Source: a virus (taxonomy: Duplodnaviria > Caudoviricetes). Taken from it: a stretch of DNA of 64,000 bases. This document shows, piece after piece, positions 48,135-57,840 of this stretch (the stretch's first letter is position 1; the number at the start of each line of letters is the position of its first letter). The notes under the pieces were generated by a model. That model saw only the letters and a list, made by a program, of their open reading frames with translations. It made no database searches and had not been told where the DNA came from. Both the position numbers and the translations under genes were made by a program. Location of the stretch: IMG/VR virus record IMGVR_UViG_3300030202_001434, positions 1,233 to 65,232 of that record. The stretch is one strand, 5' to 3'.

Positions 48135-51100
48135 TTAAATTTTTTCTAGCCTTTCTATTCTTGATTTTAAATCGTCTATGATAAATTGTTGTTCTTTAAC
48201 CGACTCAATAAGCAAAGCAGTGAGTTTCTGATAATCAACAGCTTTATAACCGTTTGATCTAGTTTGTACAATCTCTGGTAGTATTTCTTCTACCTCTTGA
48301 GCCACTACACCTATATCTTTTTTACCTGTTTCTTTGTGTGATATTTCATTCCACTCAAAAGTATAGCCACCTATTTTACTTAACTTATCTAAAGCGTTTG
48401 TAATTGGAGTAACATTGTTTTTAAACCTAATGTCTGAACTAGCGTAAGCTACAACATCACCTGCTACATTTACTGATGTTCCTGTAGTGCTTGGATCTAA
48501 ATAAAATGCAGTATTATTGTAGTCATAAAATATAGGAGCACGCAAACTTGTTGTACTTTGCAAGTAAACCCCTATTGTTTGATCGACTTCATTTGTTACA
48601 TAATTATAAGGCCCTCTAAATGTACCACCTTCTAATCTAGAGTATTTTGGAGGCCCCCAAAACGGCCTAATATCTACAGTGTTATAATAAGTAGCACCAT
48701 TACCATGGTTACCAATCCAATAATTTGCCCACCCTGAATATCCGGCAAAAGATCCAGAAGTTTGATAAAACGTACCAGAATCAGAACCATACCCATGCTC
48801 AAATAACTGAGTGGCTTTTCCATTCATTGTTCCTGATCCGCTCTGAACAGTTAAACTACCCGCTAACGTTAATGTATTGAAATTAGATGTTGATGCAAAA
48901 TCACCATAATAAGCCGTATCGTTTGAATCGTAGAATATAGGTGCTCTTAAACTTGAACCAGCTTGTAAACTATTATTTACAAATACATTTTGTGCTCCTA
49001 AACCATCACTACCATTATTAACTGACATCACTTGAGTTGCCATGGTGTAATCGTCATAAAATCGCATACCATTATACGATTGGTTTGCGCCAAACTTTAT
49101 ACCCGTGTGCATAGCAATACGAAGATCTGGATAAGGAAATGTCCATGCTCCGCTTTCTTGGTATATAGCATAAGCAGCGTTTCCGCTGGTATTTCCTAAA
49201 CTGTTGGTAGGAAAACTTATTTTCCCTTTTAAAGCAATGTCAACCACATTACTTGTAGCGTTAGGATTTACATAATAGTTTGTATCGTTTGAGTCGTAGA
49301 ATATAGGGGCTCTCATGTCCCCTGTTGCCTCAGCAGTGCCCTGCGTCATAGTTCCACTGCTTGTTGTTTCTAATTTTAAATTACCATCATAATAAAGTTT
49401 CGCAGTACCGTTTCTAATACACTCAATATACCACTCATCGTCTGTGTCATTAAACAAGCCCATTGTAGCTCCATCAGCCGAAGACATCAAGGTGTTATGA
49501 GTACCGCCAGAACCACCAAACGTAATACCATTCCAACTATTCCTGCTTCCAGTTATTTTCCATGAACCATATGTAGAATCGTTATTAGGATAAAAATGAG
49601 CTCCGTTTGTTCCGGTGTATAAACCATGTACTCCTTCTAAGTATACCCACGAGTTTATACTTGCATAATTAGAGCCTCCGTTTTGTAATCTCCATCCATT
49701 ATTTAAGGTTAAACTACCTATGCCTGTAATATTATTATTACTCATTGCAATAGAACCTGTCATAGTACCACCTGATAATGGTAAATATCCAGTTCCTATT
49801 ACGTCTTGAGCTAAAGGAAAATTATTTGTTAAAGTATTGTTAATTGTTTTACCGCTTAAAGAATCAAACGTTATATCCCACCCTTCTTTGTACTCGTTTA
49901 TATTTGTAGCATAGCCTCCAAAGAAATCTCTTACTATCACTTGAGTATAACTCCAACTGTCAGTTGACTCTCCTATCCACATACAATGAGTAGAACCGTT
50001 ATCACCAAACCTAACTGTATAATTTTGATTAGAGTTTTTTGCATAAACTTGAGCAAAAACATTTATCCATGTATTACTACCTATCCCTTGATATATGTAT
50101 CCTCCTGCTTTTATTGAGAACGATCTGTTTGTACTATACTGATAAACATCTACAGTAAAAAACACCATGTCGTTTTTTTGAGAACCTCCAGTTGGAAATC
50201 TAATTTCTATAGCTCCGGTTTGCTGACTAGATGCTGTAAAAAAATCAGCTCCTTTGGGCTTTACAATATACCCACCAATTGAAGATGGTTGTTGATACAT
50301 TGCGCCATCGACTTCAAGATTTTTAAGTATATTAATGTCATCACTACCAACACCAACGTTCATTATAAGGCTTGCGCCTGATATATCTGGAGACTGATTA
50401 TAAAATCTTGTACCACCATAAGCTTTATCTGCACCTATTTTAATACCAGTGTGCCACGCTAAAGTTAATTTAGAATAATTACCGCTTGAATTCCAATTTT
50501 CTAGTTTTGGATATATAATGTAATAAGGATTACTATCATTTCTTTGCCCCCAAGTTATTCCTGTTGAACCGCCTTGGTCAGATGTAGAAGGATCTGCGGT
50601 TGGGCTTGATGTTCTTAAATTTAAAGATGTGGGCGTTCCGGTTGTTTGACCAGCTGAAAATAATAAACCGCCACTTTGATTTGCATATGAATTTGAGTTT
50701 AAAGTATTAGTTATTGTTAAGCTAGCTGTACCTCCATCAAGCTGTTTTACAGTTATTGTGTTTGCTCCAGTAGCCTGTATACCTGTTAAGTTTCCATAAC
50801 TAGAATTATAAGATCCAAAAAACCCGTTTGCACCTTCGTAAGCTAAATAAGCCCCATCTACTAAAACAGAACCTTGTCCGTTTTTAGAAACAACTACAAA
50901 TTCTGATCCCCCCGTCATTGCTAAACCAGTCTCACGAGTATAACCGTTACTGCCTAAATCTCCATACCATGAACCTGTCGAAAGGCCCATTCCAAATATA
51001 TTATATCCTTGTACACTTAATCCGCCCGTTATAACATAATTTCCTGTGTAAGTTCCAGACATTGATAATGTACCGGTAGTAGTAATAGTACCACCAGTCA

Positions 51101-51902
51101 ATCCGTTCCCAGTAGCTACCGAGGTTACTGTCCCTCCAGATCCGGTATGTGCATCTACATAAGCTTTGTTTGCAGCGTCAGTGCTTGCACTAACAGTGTC
51201 CACACCTTGTATTCTACCTGTGCCACCTAAAACTATATCACCACCAGTAACTGTTAAGTCAGCATCAATTGTTAAGTCATCAGCAATTCTTACAGGAGCA
51301 TTTGAGCCATCATTCATAATAGCTCCTCTAAATACAGCTGTATTTTGTACATACATTGACACTCCAGAGCTAGCTGCATAAAAATAATTTGAATTTACTA
51401 CAACCTCACCTGTGTTTTGTACTCTAAAAGCTGAAGAACCGTCACTACCTCTAATTACAGAAAGAGCATTACCCCCAGTACCAGAAGTACCACTAATAGC
51501 AAAGTCGCCTGAATAACTTCCAGACATTGTTAATGTTCCGGTTGAAGTAATTGTTCCGCCAGTTAATCCATTCCCTGTAGCAACTGATGTTACCCCGCTT
51601 ACAGTTGAAGCAGGAGCATAGTAGCCGTCTGTTACATTTGTTCTAAATTGTGCGGGAGTTACATACCTTAGGTATTCATCGTTACTTGCGGTAATTCTTG
51701 TGATTGATCCTGTATGGTTACCAGACGTTGAGTTTATCCACCCAAAATCTACATATCCATTACCTTGTGTTCTTACTATTTTATTAGCCTGATTATTTCT
51801 ACCGGTAGCTATAGGTAAACTGTTAAATGTAGCGGCTTGTACATTTCCAGAAACGGTTAAGTTTCCGTCTATAGTTTGTCCACTAAGAAATCTAATCGCC
51901 AT
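48135..51902 (-). CDS. tail fibre with RAPIFYD repeats and C-terminal S74 chaperone
   Basis: 3x RAPIFYDxNxT; 2x VTSVATGNGLTGGTIT; SSDIRFKNNV...GVVAQEVEEILPEIV. Confidence 0.85.
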   Translation of the reverse strand: MAIRFLSGQTIDGNLTVSGNVQAATFNSLPIATGRNNQANKIVRTQGNGYVDFGWINSTSGNHTGSITRITASNDEYLRYVTPAQFRTNVTDGYYAPASTVSGVTSVATGNGLTGGTITSTGTLTMSGSYSGDFAISGTSGTGGNALSVIRGSDGSSAFRVQNTGEVVVNSNYFYAASSGVSMYVQNTAVFRGAIMNDGSNAPVRIADDLTIDADLTVTGGDIVLGGTGRIQGVDTVSASTDAANKAYVDAHTGSGGTVTSVATGNGLTGGTITTTGTLSMSGTYTGNYVITGGLSVQGYNIFGMGLSTGSWYGDLGSNGYTRETGLAMTGGSEFVVVSKNGQGSVLVDGAYLAYEGANGFFGSYNSSYGNLTGIQATGANTITVKQLDGGTASLTITNTLNSNSYANQSGGLLFSAGQTTGTPTSLNLRTSSPTADPSTSDQGGSTGITWGQRNDSNPYYIIYPKLENWNSSGNYSKLTLAWHTGIKIGADKAYGGTRFYNQSPDISGASLIMNVGVGSDDINILKNLEVDGAMYQQPSSIGGYIVKPKGADFFTASSQQTGAIEIRFPTGGSQKNDMVFFTVDVYQYSTNRSFSIKAGGYIYQGIGSNTWINVFAQVYAKNSNQNYTVRFGDNGSTHCMWIGESTDSWSYTQVIVRDFFGGYATNINEYKEGWDITFDSLSGKTINNTLTNNFPLAQDVIGTGYLPLSGGTMTGSIAMSNNNITGIGSLTLNNGWRLQNGGSNYASINSWVYLEGVHGLYTGTNGAHFYPNNDSTYGSWKITGSRNSWNGITFGGSGGTHNTLMSSADGATMGLFNDTDDEWYIECIRNGTAKLYYDGNLKLETTSSGTMTQGTAEATGDMRAPIFYDSNDTNYYVNPNATSNVVDIALKGKISFPTNSLGNTSGNAAYAIYQESGAWTFPYPDLRIAMHTGIKFGANQSYNGMRFYDDYTMATQVMSVNNGSDGLGAQNVFVNNSLQAGSSLRAPIFYDSNDTAYYGDFASTSNFNTLTLAGSLTVQSGSGTMNGKATQLFEHGYGSDSGTFYQTSGSFAGYSGWANYWIGNHGNGATYYNTVDIRPFWGPPKYSRLEGGTFRGPYNYVTNEVDQTIGVYLQSTTSLRAPIFYDYNNTAFYLDPSTTGTSVNVAGDVVAYASSDIRFKNNVTPITNALDKLSKIGGYTFEWNEISHKETGKKDIGVVAQEVEEILPEIVQTRSNGYKAVDYQKLTALLIESVKEQQFIIDDLKSRIERLEKI

Positions 51903-51919
51903 GTAAGTAAATTAAAAAA

Positions 51920-53404
51920 TTAACTTACAGTTATCAAGACTCTAGCGGCATTAGAAGCAAGGGCTGTTGTTGTAGATAATGTTACTACCGTTGTACTTGT
52001 TCTCACTACGTCACAAATAACTGTATCATAAGTTGTATTGTCGTAAACCTGTACAATTACATCTCTTGTACCTAATCCATGAGTTACAGCATAAGAAGTG
52101 GCTGAACCATCTCCAATGTTTGCTGCAAAATTTAAATTAGTTCCAACACATGATTGAACTGTAGTACAGAAATCTGTTACTTGAGAAGCTGTAATTGCAA
52201 TATCTTGATCTGCAATACCTGTTATTATTCCTTTTCCATCAGCAGTTACACTTAATGATTTTGCAGCTCCTCCATAAGAACCTGCAACACCAGTTTGTGC
52301 GTCTAGAGATATAGCACCACTAGAATTTACTGTTATTCCTCCTGTTGTAGGAACACTAACAATACCTGTAGTTGTTGCTGTTGCTAAACCTATATTATTC
52401 TGAACCGTAATCCAGTCAGTTAAAGCACCTGTACCTGATGCGGTTGCTGTTTGACAAATTAAAGAATCTCCAACTTCAACACTTTCACCATAAAAAGTAC
52501 CTGAAACTGTAACAACATAGGTATCACCGACAGCACACGCAATCTGTGTACCCCTGCTGTCTAAGAAGTCAGTTGTTCCATCTACCTTACCAGTGTTACC
52601 ATCAAAACCTCCCTTAAATTCTAATAATCCTGTTACAGCCGCATCTACATATGCTTTAGTAGCAGCATCTTGCGCAGCAGTTGGATTAGTTACGTTTATA
52701 AGTTTGTTTGAGTTAATATCAAAGTCTGCGTTTGGTGCACCTAAAAGATTAACAGCAATCTCATTACCTGCTTTTCTTTTTTGATCAGTTCCGTCTAATA
52801 CAATAAACTCATCTGTTGCAACCCAAGATTGAGTCATGTCAGGTAAGTCTTGTAATTGAAGATTATATGTTACAGTATCTGTTGCGCTAATTACCGCATC
52901 CAATCCCGTGTTGTGTGCAAATGTAATTGTATTTCCGTTTGCAACTGTTTCAGTGTTCGTTCCGTCAGATATATCAAAACCTGTTATTGGCTCTGTGCTT
53001 GCAGTTACCGCAGTTATTTGTCCTTTCTTGTTGTATGAAATACTTGCTGGATATGCAACGCTTCCCGCTGCTGCACCAGGTGCATTATCATCCATTGTAA
53101 TAGTAAGTGTTCTAGTAGCTCCTGCTGTTGTAGAAACAAATCCAGTTTCACCAGCTATTGTTGCCGATTGACCATCTCCAATTGTTTGATCAGATCCTGA
53201 ATCTCCTTTTAAAATCCAGGTTACCATTCCTGAACTTACTGTTTGCCAACCTCCTGAAGTGTGATATTTTAATACGTCATTCGTAGTATCAAAAAACATT
53301 TGACCTACTCCCGATACAGAAGGATCACTAGCTTGATTATCTACCTTAAAGGTTTTAAGCTGGTTATTGTTAAGTGCTATACTTGATAAATACGATATTG
53401 CCAT
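51920..53404 (-). CDS. tail fibre / adaptor protein
   Basis: NPTAAQDAATKAYVD fibre motif; C-terminal VTHGLGTRDVIVQVYD domain. Confidence 0.7.
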   Translation of the reverse strand: MAISYLSSIALNNNQLKTFKVDNQASDPSVSGVGQMFFDTTNDVLKYHTSGGWQTVSSGMVTWILKGDSGSDQTIGDGQSATIAGETGFVSTTAGATRTLTITMDDNAPGAAAGSVAYPASISYNKKGQITAVTASTEPITGFDISDGTNTETVANGNTITFAHNTGLDAVISATDTVTYNLQLQDLPDMTQSWVATDEFIVLDGTDQKRKAGNEIAVNLLGAPNADFDINSNKLINVTNPTAAQDAATKAYVDAAVTGLLEFKGGFDGNTGKVDGTTDFLDSRGTQIACAVGDTYVVTVSGTFYGESVEVGDSLICQTATASGTGALTDWITVQNNIGLATATTTGIVSVPTTGGITVNSSGAISLDAQTGVAGSYGGAAKSLSVTADGKGIITGIADQDIAITASQVTDFCTTVQSCVGTNLNFAANIGDGSATSYAVTHGLGTRDVIVQVYDNTTYDTVICDVVRTSTTVVTLSTTTALASNAARVLITVS

Positions 53405-53417
53405 AATTTTTTATTTA

Positions 53418-54131
53418 TTAATTAAATGACGCTTTCCCGGTAAAAGGTAGCGAAAATGTTAATGTAGCTGTGTTTAAATTATTAAACACTACCTGTGTTT
53501 CTACTTCTGCATTATTTTGATCAAATATTGTAACTGACGGATATTTGTTTAAATTATGACTAACAGTATAAACGTTTGTACTTCCATCCAATGTGTACAA
53601 AAAATTTGCATCATTTGCTCCTGCGTACGTTAGCAAAGATATGAAATAATCTTTGCTTGCAATTAAGCCATTGTTACCGCCCTTATAAGTTAATGTAATG
53701 TCATAAAACCCAGGGTTGGTAGCGTTAGGAGTTGAACCAACCCAAGCAAATACCGCCCATCTTGAAACGTCATCACATTGTGTAATTAACACTTCTGATC
53801 CCCCTAATGGATTAGAATAAAAAGAAGATATATTTACACCTAGATTAGTTAATTCAAATTGACTTAAAGTAAATCCTGTAATTGTATTATATGCAACAGT
53901 AGATGCTCCTGTAGCCCCATCAGCTCCGTAAAAAGATCCATCTGTATATGGAATAGTGTTAACATACTTAAATCTTAATGCTTGTTGCTGAGTTGCAACC
54001 CTATTCATGTATTCCGCTACAGAATCAATTGTAAAGTTTTTAGTAGCATAATTACTATCGGCATCTGAACCAATCCAATAATCTGATCCAACTAAATGTG
54101 TGTCTAAAGGATATGTACTTATTCTTGCCAT
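53418..54131 (-). CDS. tail fibre anchoring protein (putative)
   Basis: MARISTY N-terminus; C-terminal VSHNLNKYPSVTIFD domain. Confidence 0.6.
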   Translation of the reverse strand: MARISTYPLDTHLVGSDYWIGSDADSNYATKNFTIDSVAEYMNRVATQQQALRFKYVNTIPYTDGSFYGADGATGASTVAYNTITGFTLSQFELTNLGVNISSFYSNPLGGSEVLITQCDDVSRWAVFAWVGSTPNATNPGFYDITLTYKGGNNGLIASKDYFISLLTYAGANDANFLYTLDGSTNVYTVSHNLNKYPSVTIFDQNNAEVETQVVFNNLNTATLTFSLPFTGKASFN

Positions 54132-54150
54132 AATTATAGTTTATTGATTA

Positions 54151-54158
54151 CAAAGATA
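54151..54158 (-). promoter_or_regulatory. Bacteroidota -7 promoter element TATCTTTG
   Basis: Intergenic TAnnTTTG. Confidence 0.6.
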
Positions 54159-54169
54159 AACAAAAGAAA

Positions 54170-54568
54170 TTATTGTTTTTTTACTTTTTCAATCGACCTT
54201 CCTCCGAAATAAGCTCCAATTACGGTAATTAAAGTGAGCTGCAAAAGATCCGTCCATTTTTCTTCAACATCAAAAGCAATAAACCCGCTGTCAATAAAAA
54301 CCATTACAACAGTAGATACTACTAAAAAAATTAAAACCAAAGGGCGCACTGATTTAGTCAGCCAGTTTCCATGTTGTAAATCTGCCTTCCATCTTTCTGT
54401 TACATTTTTTTGCATGTCAGCTTCAGCCTCAATAAACACTTTGTCCATCTCTTGTTTTAACTGAGCTCTTTCTTCTTTTGAAAAAGTATGTTTATCTATA
54501 ATACCTGATATTTTGCCAGCAATGTCTGCGCCAGCTCCTCCGAATAATTTTGCTAATATTTTTCCCAT
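54170..54568 (-). CDS. holin (3TM-holin-like)
   Basis: RWKAD..WLTKSVRPL, two TM helices, AYFGGRSIEK. Confidence 0.75.
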   Translation of the reverse strand: MGKILAKLFGGAGADIAGKISGIIDKHTFSKEERAQLKQEMDKVFIEAEADMQKNVTERWKADLQHGNWLTKSVRPLVLIFLVVSTVVMVFIDSGFIAFDVEEKWTDLLQLTLITVIGAYFGGRSIEKVKKQ

Positions 54569-54571
54569 AAC

Positions 54572-54931
54572 TTATTGTTTCATTTTAATTTTTTCACTAT
54601 TTACATCTAACCTTGAGATGTCTTTAGATTCGTAATTAGATTTTGAACCAGTATTGTTATTAGAGTTGTTCGAATCATTATTTGGTTTATATATTTTACC
54701 GCCTGAATATACATTGGTGTTGTATCTCCAACCGTTGTAATAATAAGAATCATACCTATTACCATAGTAAGGATAAATGTTTTGATAAATTGTTGGTCGT
54801 ATTTTATCTATAGGTATGAGTAAAGTATCTCCTTCTGTAGTTACTGCAAGTACATGTTTTATTTTAGGTTTAGGTGTATAGCTTCCACAACCTATTGTTA
54901 AAAGAATAATAATACATATTAGTTTTTTCAT
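54572..54931 (-). CDS. lipoprotein in the lysis cassette (spanin candidate)
   Basis: MKKLICIIILLTIGC lipobox-like signal. Confidence 0.55.
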   Translation of the reverse strand: MKKLICIIILLTIGCGSYTPKPKIKHVLAVTTEGDTLLIPIDKIRPTIYQNIYPYYGNRYDSYYYNGWRYNTNVYSGGKIYKPNNDSNNSNNNTGSKSNYESKDISRLDVNSEKIKMKQ

Positions 54932-55392
54932 TTATTTGTAATATCTATATACACAGTCTTACCTTTATCTCTAACAGCTTTTAATACTCTGTTTCTGTTT
55001 TTTTCTTTATCTACATAACTTACATGAACCCAGTCTGGGTTTTCTTCATTTCCAAATTCATAGATGAGCTGATCAAAATCTAAGTTATCTCTTATATAAT
55101 CAAACATCTCTTTGTTTGTTTTATGTCCGTAGATATCATCCAGATCCATTGCGTTTCCCTGGCAATGCTGTGAGCGGCCGCTGCCCCCAATCGCTTTATT
55201 GAGAGCTTCTGATCTATACATGCTGTTGATTTTTATAGGGCCACCGACATATTCTCTTAGTGGTTCAAAAATCTTTTCAGCAAGTTGTTTCATGTTAGCT
55301 AATGCATTTCCGTTAGGGGTATTAGCCAATCCAAGTCTTAAAGCAGTTATTGATTTTGTTGCTTCCTTTTCAGATATATGTTTACTAATCAT
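54928..55392 (-). CDS. endolysin, peptidase M15A family
   Basis: INSMYRS..LNKAIGGSGRSQHCQGNAMDL...WVHVSY. Confidence 0.85.
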   Translation of the reverse strand: MISKHISEKEATKSITALRLGLANTPNGNALANMKQLAEKIFEPLREYVGGPIKINSMYRSEALNKAIGGSGRSQHCQGNAMDLDDIYGHKTNKEMFDYIRDNLDFDQLIYEFGNEENPDWVHVSYVDKEKNRNRVLKAVRDKGKTVYIDITNK

Positions 55393-55399
55393 AAGTAGT

Positions 55400-55537
55400 T
55401 TATTTTAATTTCTTCCACTTATGAATCGTATATCCAATGGACAATACTAGCAATATAATTTTTAAGGTTATTTCTATTTGTGTAAGCGACAATGCAAATG
55501 CCGTAGTATTAATTGTGTATAGTTTCCAGTCTTCCAT
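55400..55537 (-). CDS. small membrane protein (45 aa; holin/antiholin-like; not in ORF track)
   Basis: MEDWKLYTINTTAFALSLTQIEITLKIILLVLSIGYTIHKWKKLK*. Confidence 0.6.
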   Translation of the reverse strand: MEDWKLYTINTTAFALSLTQIEITLKIILLVLSIGYTIHKWKKLK

Positions 55538-55618
55538 TATTAACGATTTCATAAGTTACTTCTAAGTTTAATAGCGCTGAATTTGTCTGAACATATTCAG
55601 GGCACGGTACTGTTTTGT

Positions 55619-56152
55619 CTACCATATTGCCAAGCAGTTATTTCTAACAGCTGCATCGGTTCCAGTAGAAAAAATCTGCAAACATTGTACAGGTAAATAT
55701 TCTCCTACTTTAAAGTTTGAAAACGTCACATCGTTTCCAGACACTGTTTTTACTTTAATATCTACATACGACTTTGCTAAGTCCATTGTTCCTTCGCTGC
55801 TTCCAACATATATCAAACATCCTTCAGATGAATTAATTCTTTGCGATCCATGTGGGCCGCCTAAGAATATAATATAATCTTCTCCTGAAGCAAATATATT
55901 AACGCTTACAGATAGTGTTGTGCTACTATCGACAGCAGTTACAAACGCTGATGTTTTATCAGTTGTGTTATAAACAATATCATTTACCTGAACATTACTA
56001 AAATCAGCACCTGCGTCAACAAGTTTATCAGCCGTAGTAGCTGATGCTGATCCTGATAGTTGTGGTAAATCTGGTGAAGGAATAGGAAGCGTATCGCTTG
56101 CTATTGGGTTTAATACTAGACCGGTATTAACGGTAATTTTAGGGTACGCCAT
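55619..56152 (-). CDS. putative virion protein
   Basis: Beta-rich; shares a segment type with 28571..29566. Confidence 0.6.
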   Translation of the reverse strand: MAYPKITVNTGLVLNPIASDTLPIPSPDLPQLSGSASATTADKLVDAGADFSNVQVNDIVYNTTDKTSAFVTAVDSSTTLSVSVNIFASGEDYIIFLGGPHGSQRINSSEGCLIYVGSSEGTMDLAKSYVDIKVKTVSGNDVTFSNFKVGEYLPVQCLQIFSTGTDAAVRNNCLAIW

Positions 56153-56191
56153 GTTATTAATTTAGAGGGTTAAAAATTCTCTTTACTTTTA

Positions 56192-56353
56192 CTACTTTTT
56201 GTCGTACGGGAAAACTCTGTTTAAAGTGTCTCTTCTTTGTTGACACCCACAAGGTTTTCCAGTAACCTCAGAGACTTTTTCAACCACAGCTTTTATTCCA
56301 GTTGCTTTTGTGATTTTTTCAATAGTGTCTCCAAGACCTTTAGATTTGCTCAT
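56192..56353 (-). CDS. small GLGD/CGC-motif protein (53 aa, not in ORF track)
   Basis: MSKSKGLGDTIEKITKATGIKAVVEKVSEVTGKPCGCQQRRDTLNRVFPYDKK*. Confidence 0.7.
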   Translation of the reverse strand: MSKSKGLGDTIEKITKATGIKAVVEKVSEVTGKPCGCQQRRDTLNRVFPYDKK

Positions 56354-56372
56354 TGTTTTTGATTTATTTGAT

Positions 56373-56459
56373 TTAATATGAATTTAAGTGTGATCCATCA
56401 CAGTTTCCGTTAGGATCTCCTGTGTTACCACATTGACAAGGTTTAATGTTATTCTTCAT
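56373..56459 (-). CDS. 28-aa CDGSH-type (2Fe-2S) micro-protein (not in ORF track)
   Basis: MKNNIKPCQCGNTGDPNGNCDGSHLNSY*. Confidence 0.6.
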   Translation of the reverse strand: MKNNIKPCQCGNTGDPNGNCDGSHLNSY

Positions 56460-56607
56460 CTTTTTCTTCTTTTATTTCTTCAAGACTAGCCAGATACTTA
56501 GCTCTTTCAGCTATTCTTTCTTCTATTTCACTTTGTCTAGACCTATACACTACATCTTGTACTGTATCAGGTTTTTTTATTACTTTCCTAGTTTTCTTTT
56601 TAGGCAT
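56449..56607 (-). CDS. small charged protein
   Basis: ORF-track 56449..56679; start moved to MPKKKTRK to avoid overlap with the upstream ORF. Confidence 0.55.
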   Translation of the reverse strand: MPKKKTRKVIKKPDTVQDVVYRSRQSEIEERIAERAKYLASLEEIKEEKDEE

Positions 56608-56617
56608 TTGAGTTGAT

Positions 56618-56776
56618 TTATTTTTTTGCTTTTCCTTTAACTTTTCTAAGTTTAGGATTTTTTCTTTTTGCTTTGGCACTAGCTTTTCTACTAGCTGATG
56701 CTAATATTGCAGATGCAGCTTTTTTACTGTATCCACCTTTTTTTGCGATCTTTGCCGCTACTTTTTTAAAACTCAT
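56618..56776 (-). CDS. Lys/Ala-rich basic micro-protein (52 aa, not in ORF track)
   Basis: MSFKKVAAKIAKKGGYSKKAASAILASASRKASAKAKRKNPKLRKVKGKAKK*; ATGA overlap. Confidence 0.7.
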   Translation of the reverse strand: MSFKKVAAKIAKKGGYSKKAASAILASASRKASAKAKRKNPKLRKVKGKAKK

Positions 56777-56970
56777 TTTAGATGGTCGTGTTTTTTCCAG
56801 CTTGAAGAGTGTCTGTATGACATTCCTGAGTCTCCCCCATAAGCGTGTCCAAACTTTTTCTTTGACATAGCTTTAGATTCGTCTCTACGATCTTTAAAAG
56901 ATTGAGACTTCTTTCCGTGCTTTGCACCTAAAGATTCATCTAGTCTTGAGTTATATCCTTGTTTTTTCAT
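56773..56970 (-). CDS. small basic protein
   Basis: MKKQGYNSRLDESLG...RRDESKAM. Confidence 0.7.
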   Translation of the reverse strand: MKKQGYNSRLDESLGAKHGKKSQSFKDRRDESKAMSKKKFGHAYGGDSGMSYRHSSSWKKHDHLK

Positions 56971-56988
56971 AATAGTAATTATTTATAA

Positions 56989-56996
56989 CAAATATA
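56989..56996 (-). promoter_or_regulatory. Bacteroidota -7 promoter element TATATTTG
   Basis: Intergenic TAnnTTTG. Confidence 0.55.
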
Positions 56997-57011
56997 ATAA
57001 TATTTTTTTAT

Positions 57012-57266
57012 CTATCTTCTAGACTTAGCCCCTACACATTTCCAGCGTTTTCTGGATAAATTATTAGGACTATTTGGATTGTTTCTTTTCTTTCTAGATA
57101 AACGTCTTTTTATACCTAAACTCCTTGCACAATAACTGTCTCCTTTTGAAGTGCCAGGTCTTACTCTAGGGCCTCCGCCTTTAGCTTTACCAGCTTGTCC
57201 ATAACTTACTTTTTTTCCTGAGGCTGTTATTTTTACTTTAGCCTTTCCTTTTCTAGGTGTTGCCAT
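57012..57266 (-). CDS. small basic protein
   Basis: KKVSYGQAG...GDSYCARSLG...SRKRWKC. Confidence 0.7.
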   Translation of the reverse strand: MATPRKGKAKVKITASGKKVSYGQAGKAKGGGPRVRPGTSKGDSYCARSLGIKRRLSRKKRNNPNSPNNLSRKRWKCVGAKSRR

Positions 57267-57276
57267 TTATTACTTT

Positions 57277-57519
57277 TTATGAGTTTCTTACTTTTGCTGC
57301 TGATGTATTAGAAACAAATTGTTTTCCTTTTGAACCAGCTCTTTTCTTTTTTCTAGCGGTTGCCGCTAATTGTCTTTTAGATAAGCTACGAGCTTTTGCC
57401 AATGGCAAACATCTGTCTGGATTCTTTTTGTTTTTACTTGTTCCGCAAGCACCTTTAATCTTACCGTCTGTACCAACACGAACCCATTTTTGTTTTCTCC
57501 ACTTAGCTAATTCACCCAT
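57277..57519 (-). CDS. small basic protein
   Basis: LAKWRKQKWVRVG...RCLPLAKA...GKQFVSNT. Confidence 0.7.
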   Translation of the reverse strand: MGELAKWRKQKWVRVGTDGKIKGACGTSKNKKNPDRCLPLAKARSLSKRQLAATARKKKRAGSKGKQFVSNTSAAKVRNS

Positions 57520-57681
57520 TTAACGCATTTTTTTTATATCTTTTTTAGATATAATTTTTTCTTCTTCAACTGGTGGAGGTGCAGGTGTTGTTTTAGTTGT
57601 TTTCTTTACAACCTTTTTCTTTTTCTTTTTAAAAAGATAAACTACTACTCCGCCAATAACTATTAATACTATAATTTCCAT
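57520..57681 (-). CDS. membrane-anchored basic micro-protein (53 aa, not in ORF track)
   Basis: MEIIVLIVIGGVVVYLFKRKRKKVVKKTTKTTPAPPPVEEEKIISKKDIKKMR*. Confidence 0.55.
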   Translation of the reverse strand: MEIIVLIVIGGVVVYLFKKKKKKVVKKTTKTTPAPPPVEEEKIISKKDIKKMR

Positions 57682-57682
57682 A

Positions 57683-57838
57683 TTACTTTTTCTTTTTCTT
57701 TTTCATTTTTGCACCAGCGATTCTGTCAGCTTTTGTTATTCCAGGATTTTTGTCTATACCTGCTTTAACGCTTAGCATACCAAATTTATCAATGTCTTTG
57801 TTTTTAAAACCAATTTTGTTATAATCTTTCTTTTTCAT
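57683..57838 (-). CDS. basic micro-protein (51 aa, not in ORF track)
   Basis: MKKKDYNKIGFKNKDIDKFGMLSVKAGIDKNPGITKADRIAGAKMKKKKKK*. Confidence 0.65.
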   Translation of the reverse strand: MKKKDYNKIGFKNKDIDKFGMLSVKAGIDKNPGITKADRIAGAKMKKKKKK

Positions 57839-57840
57839 AA

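Noticed and set aside
40531-51902. Diversity-generating retroelement or shufflon acting on the fibres
   Set aside because: No reverse transcriptase or invertase seen; all fibres are co-oriented; the paralogous C-termini differ at all base types rather than only at adenines.
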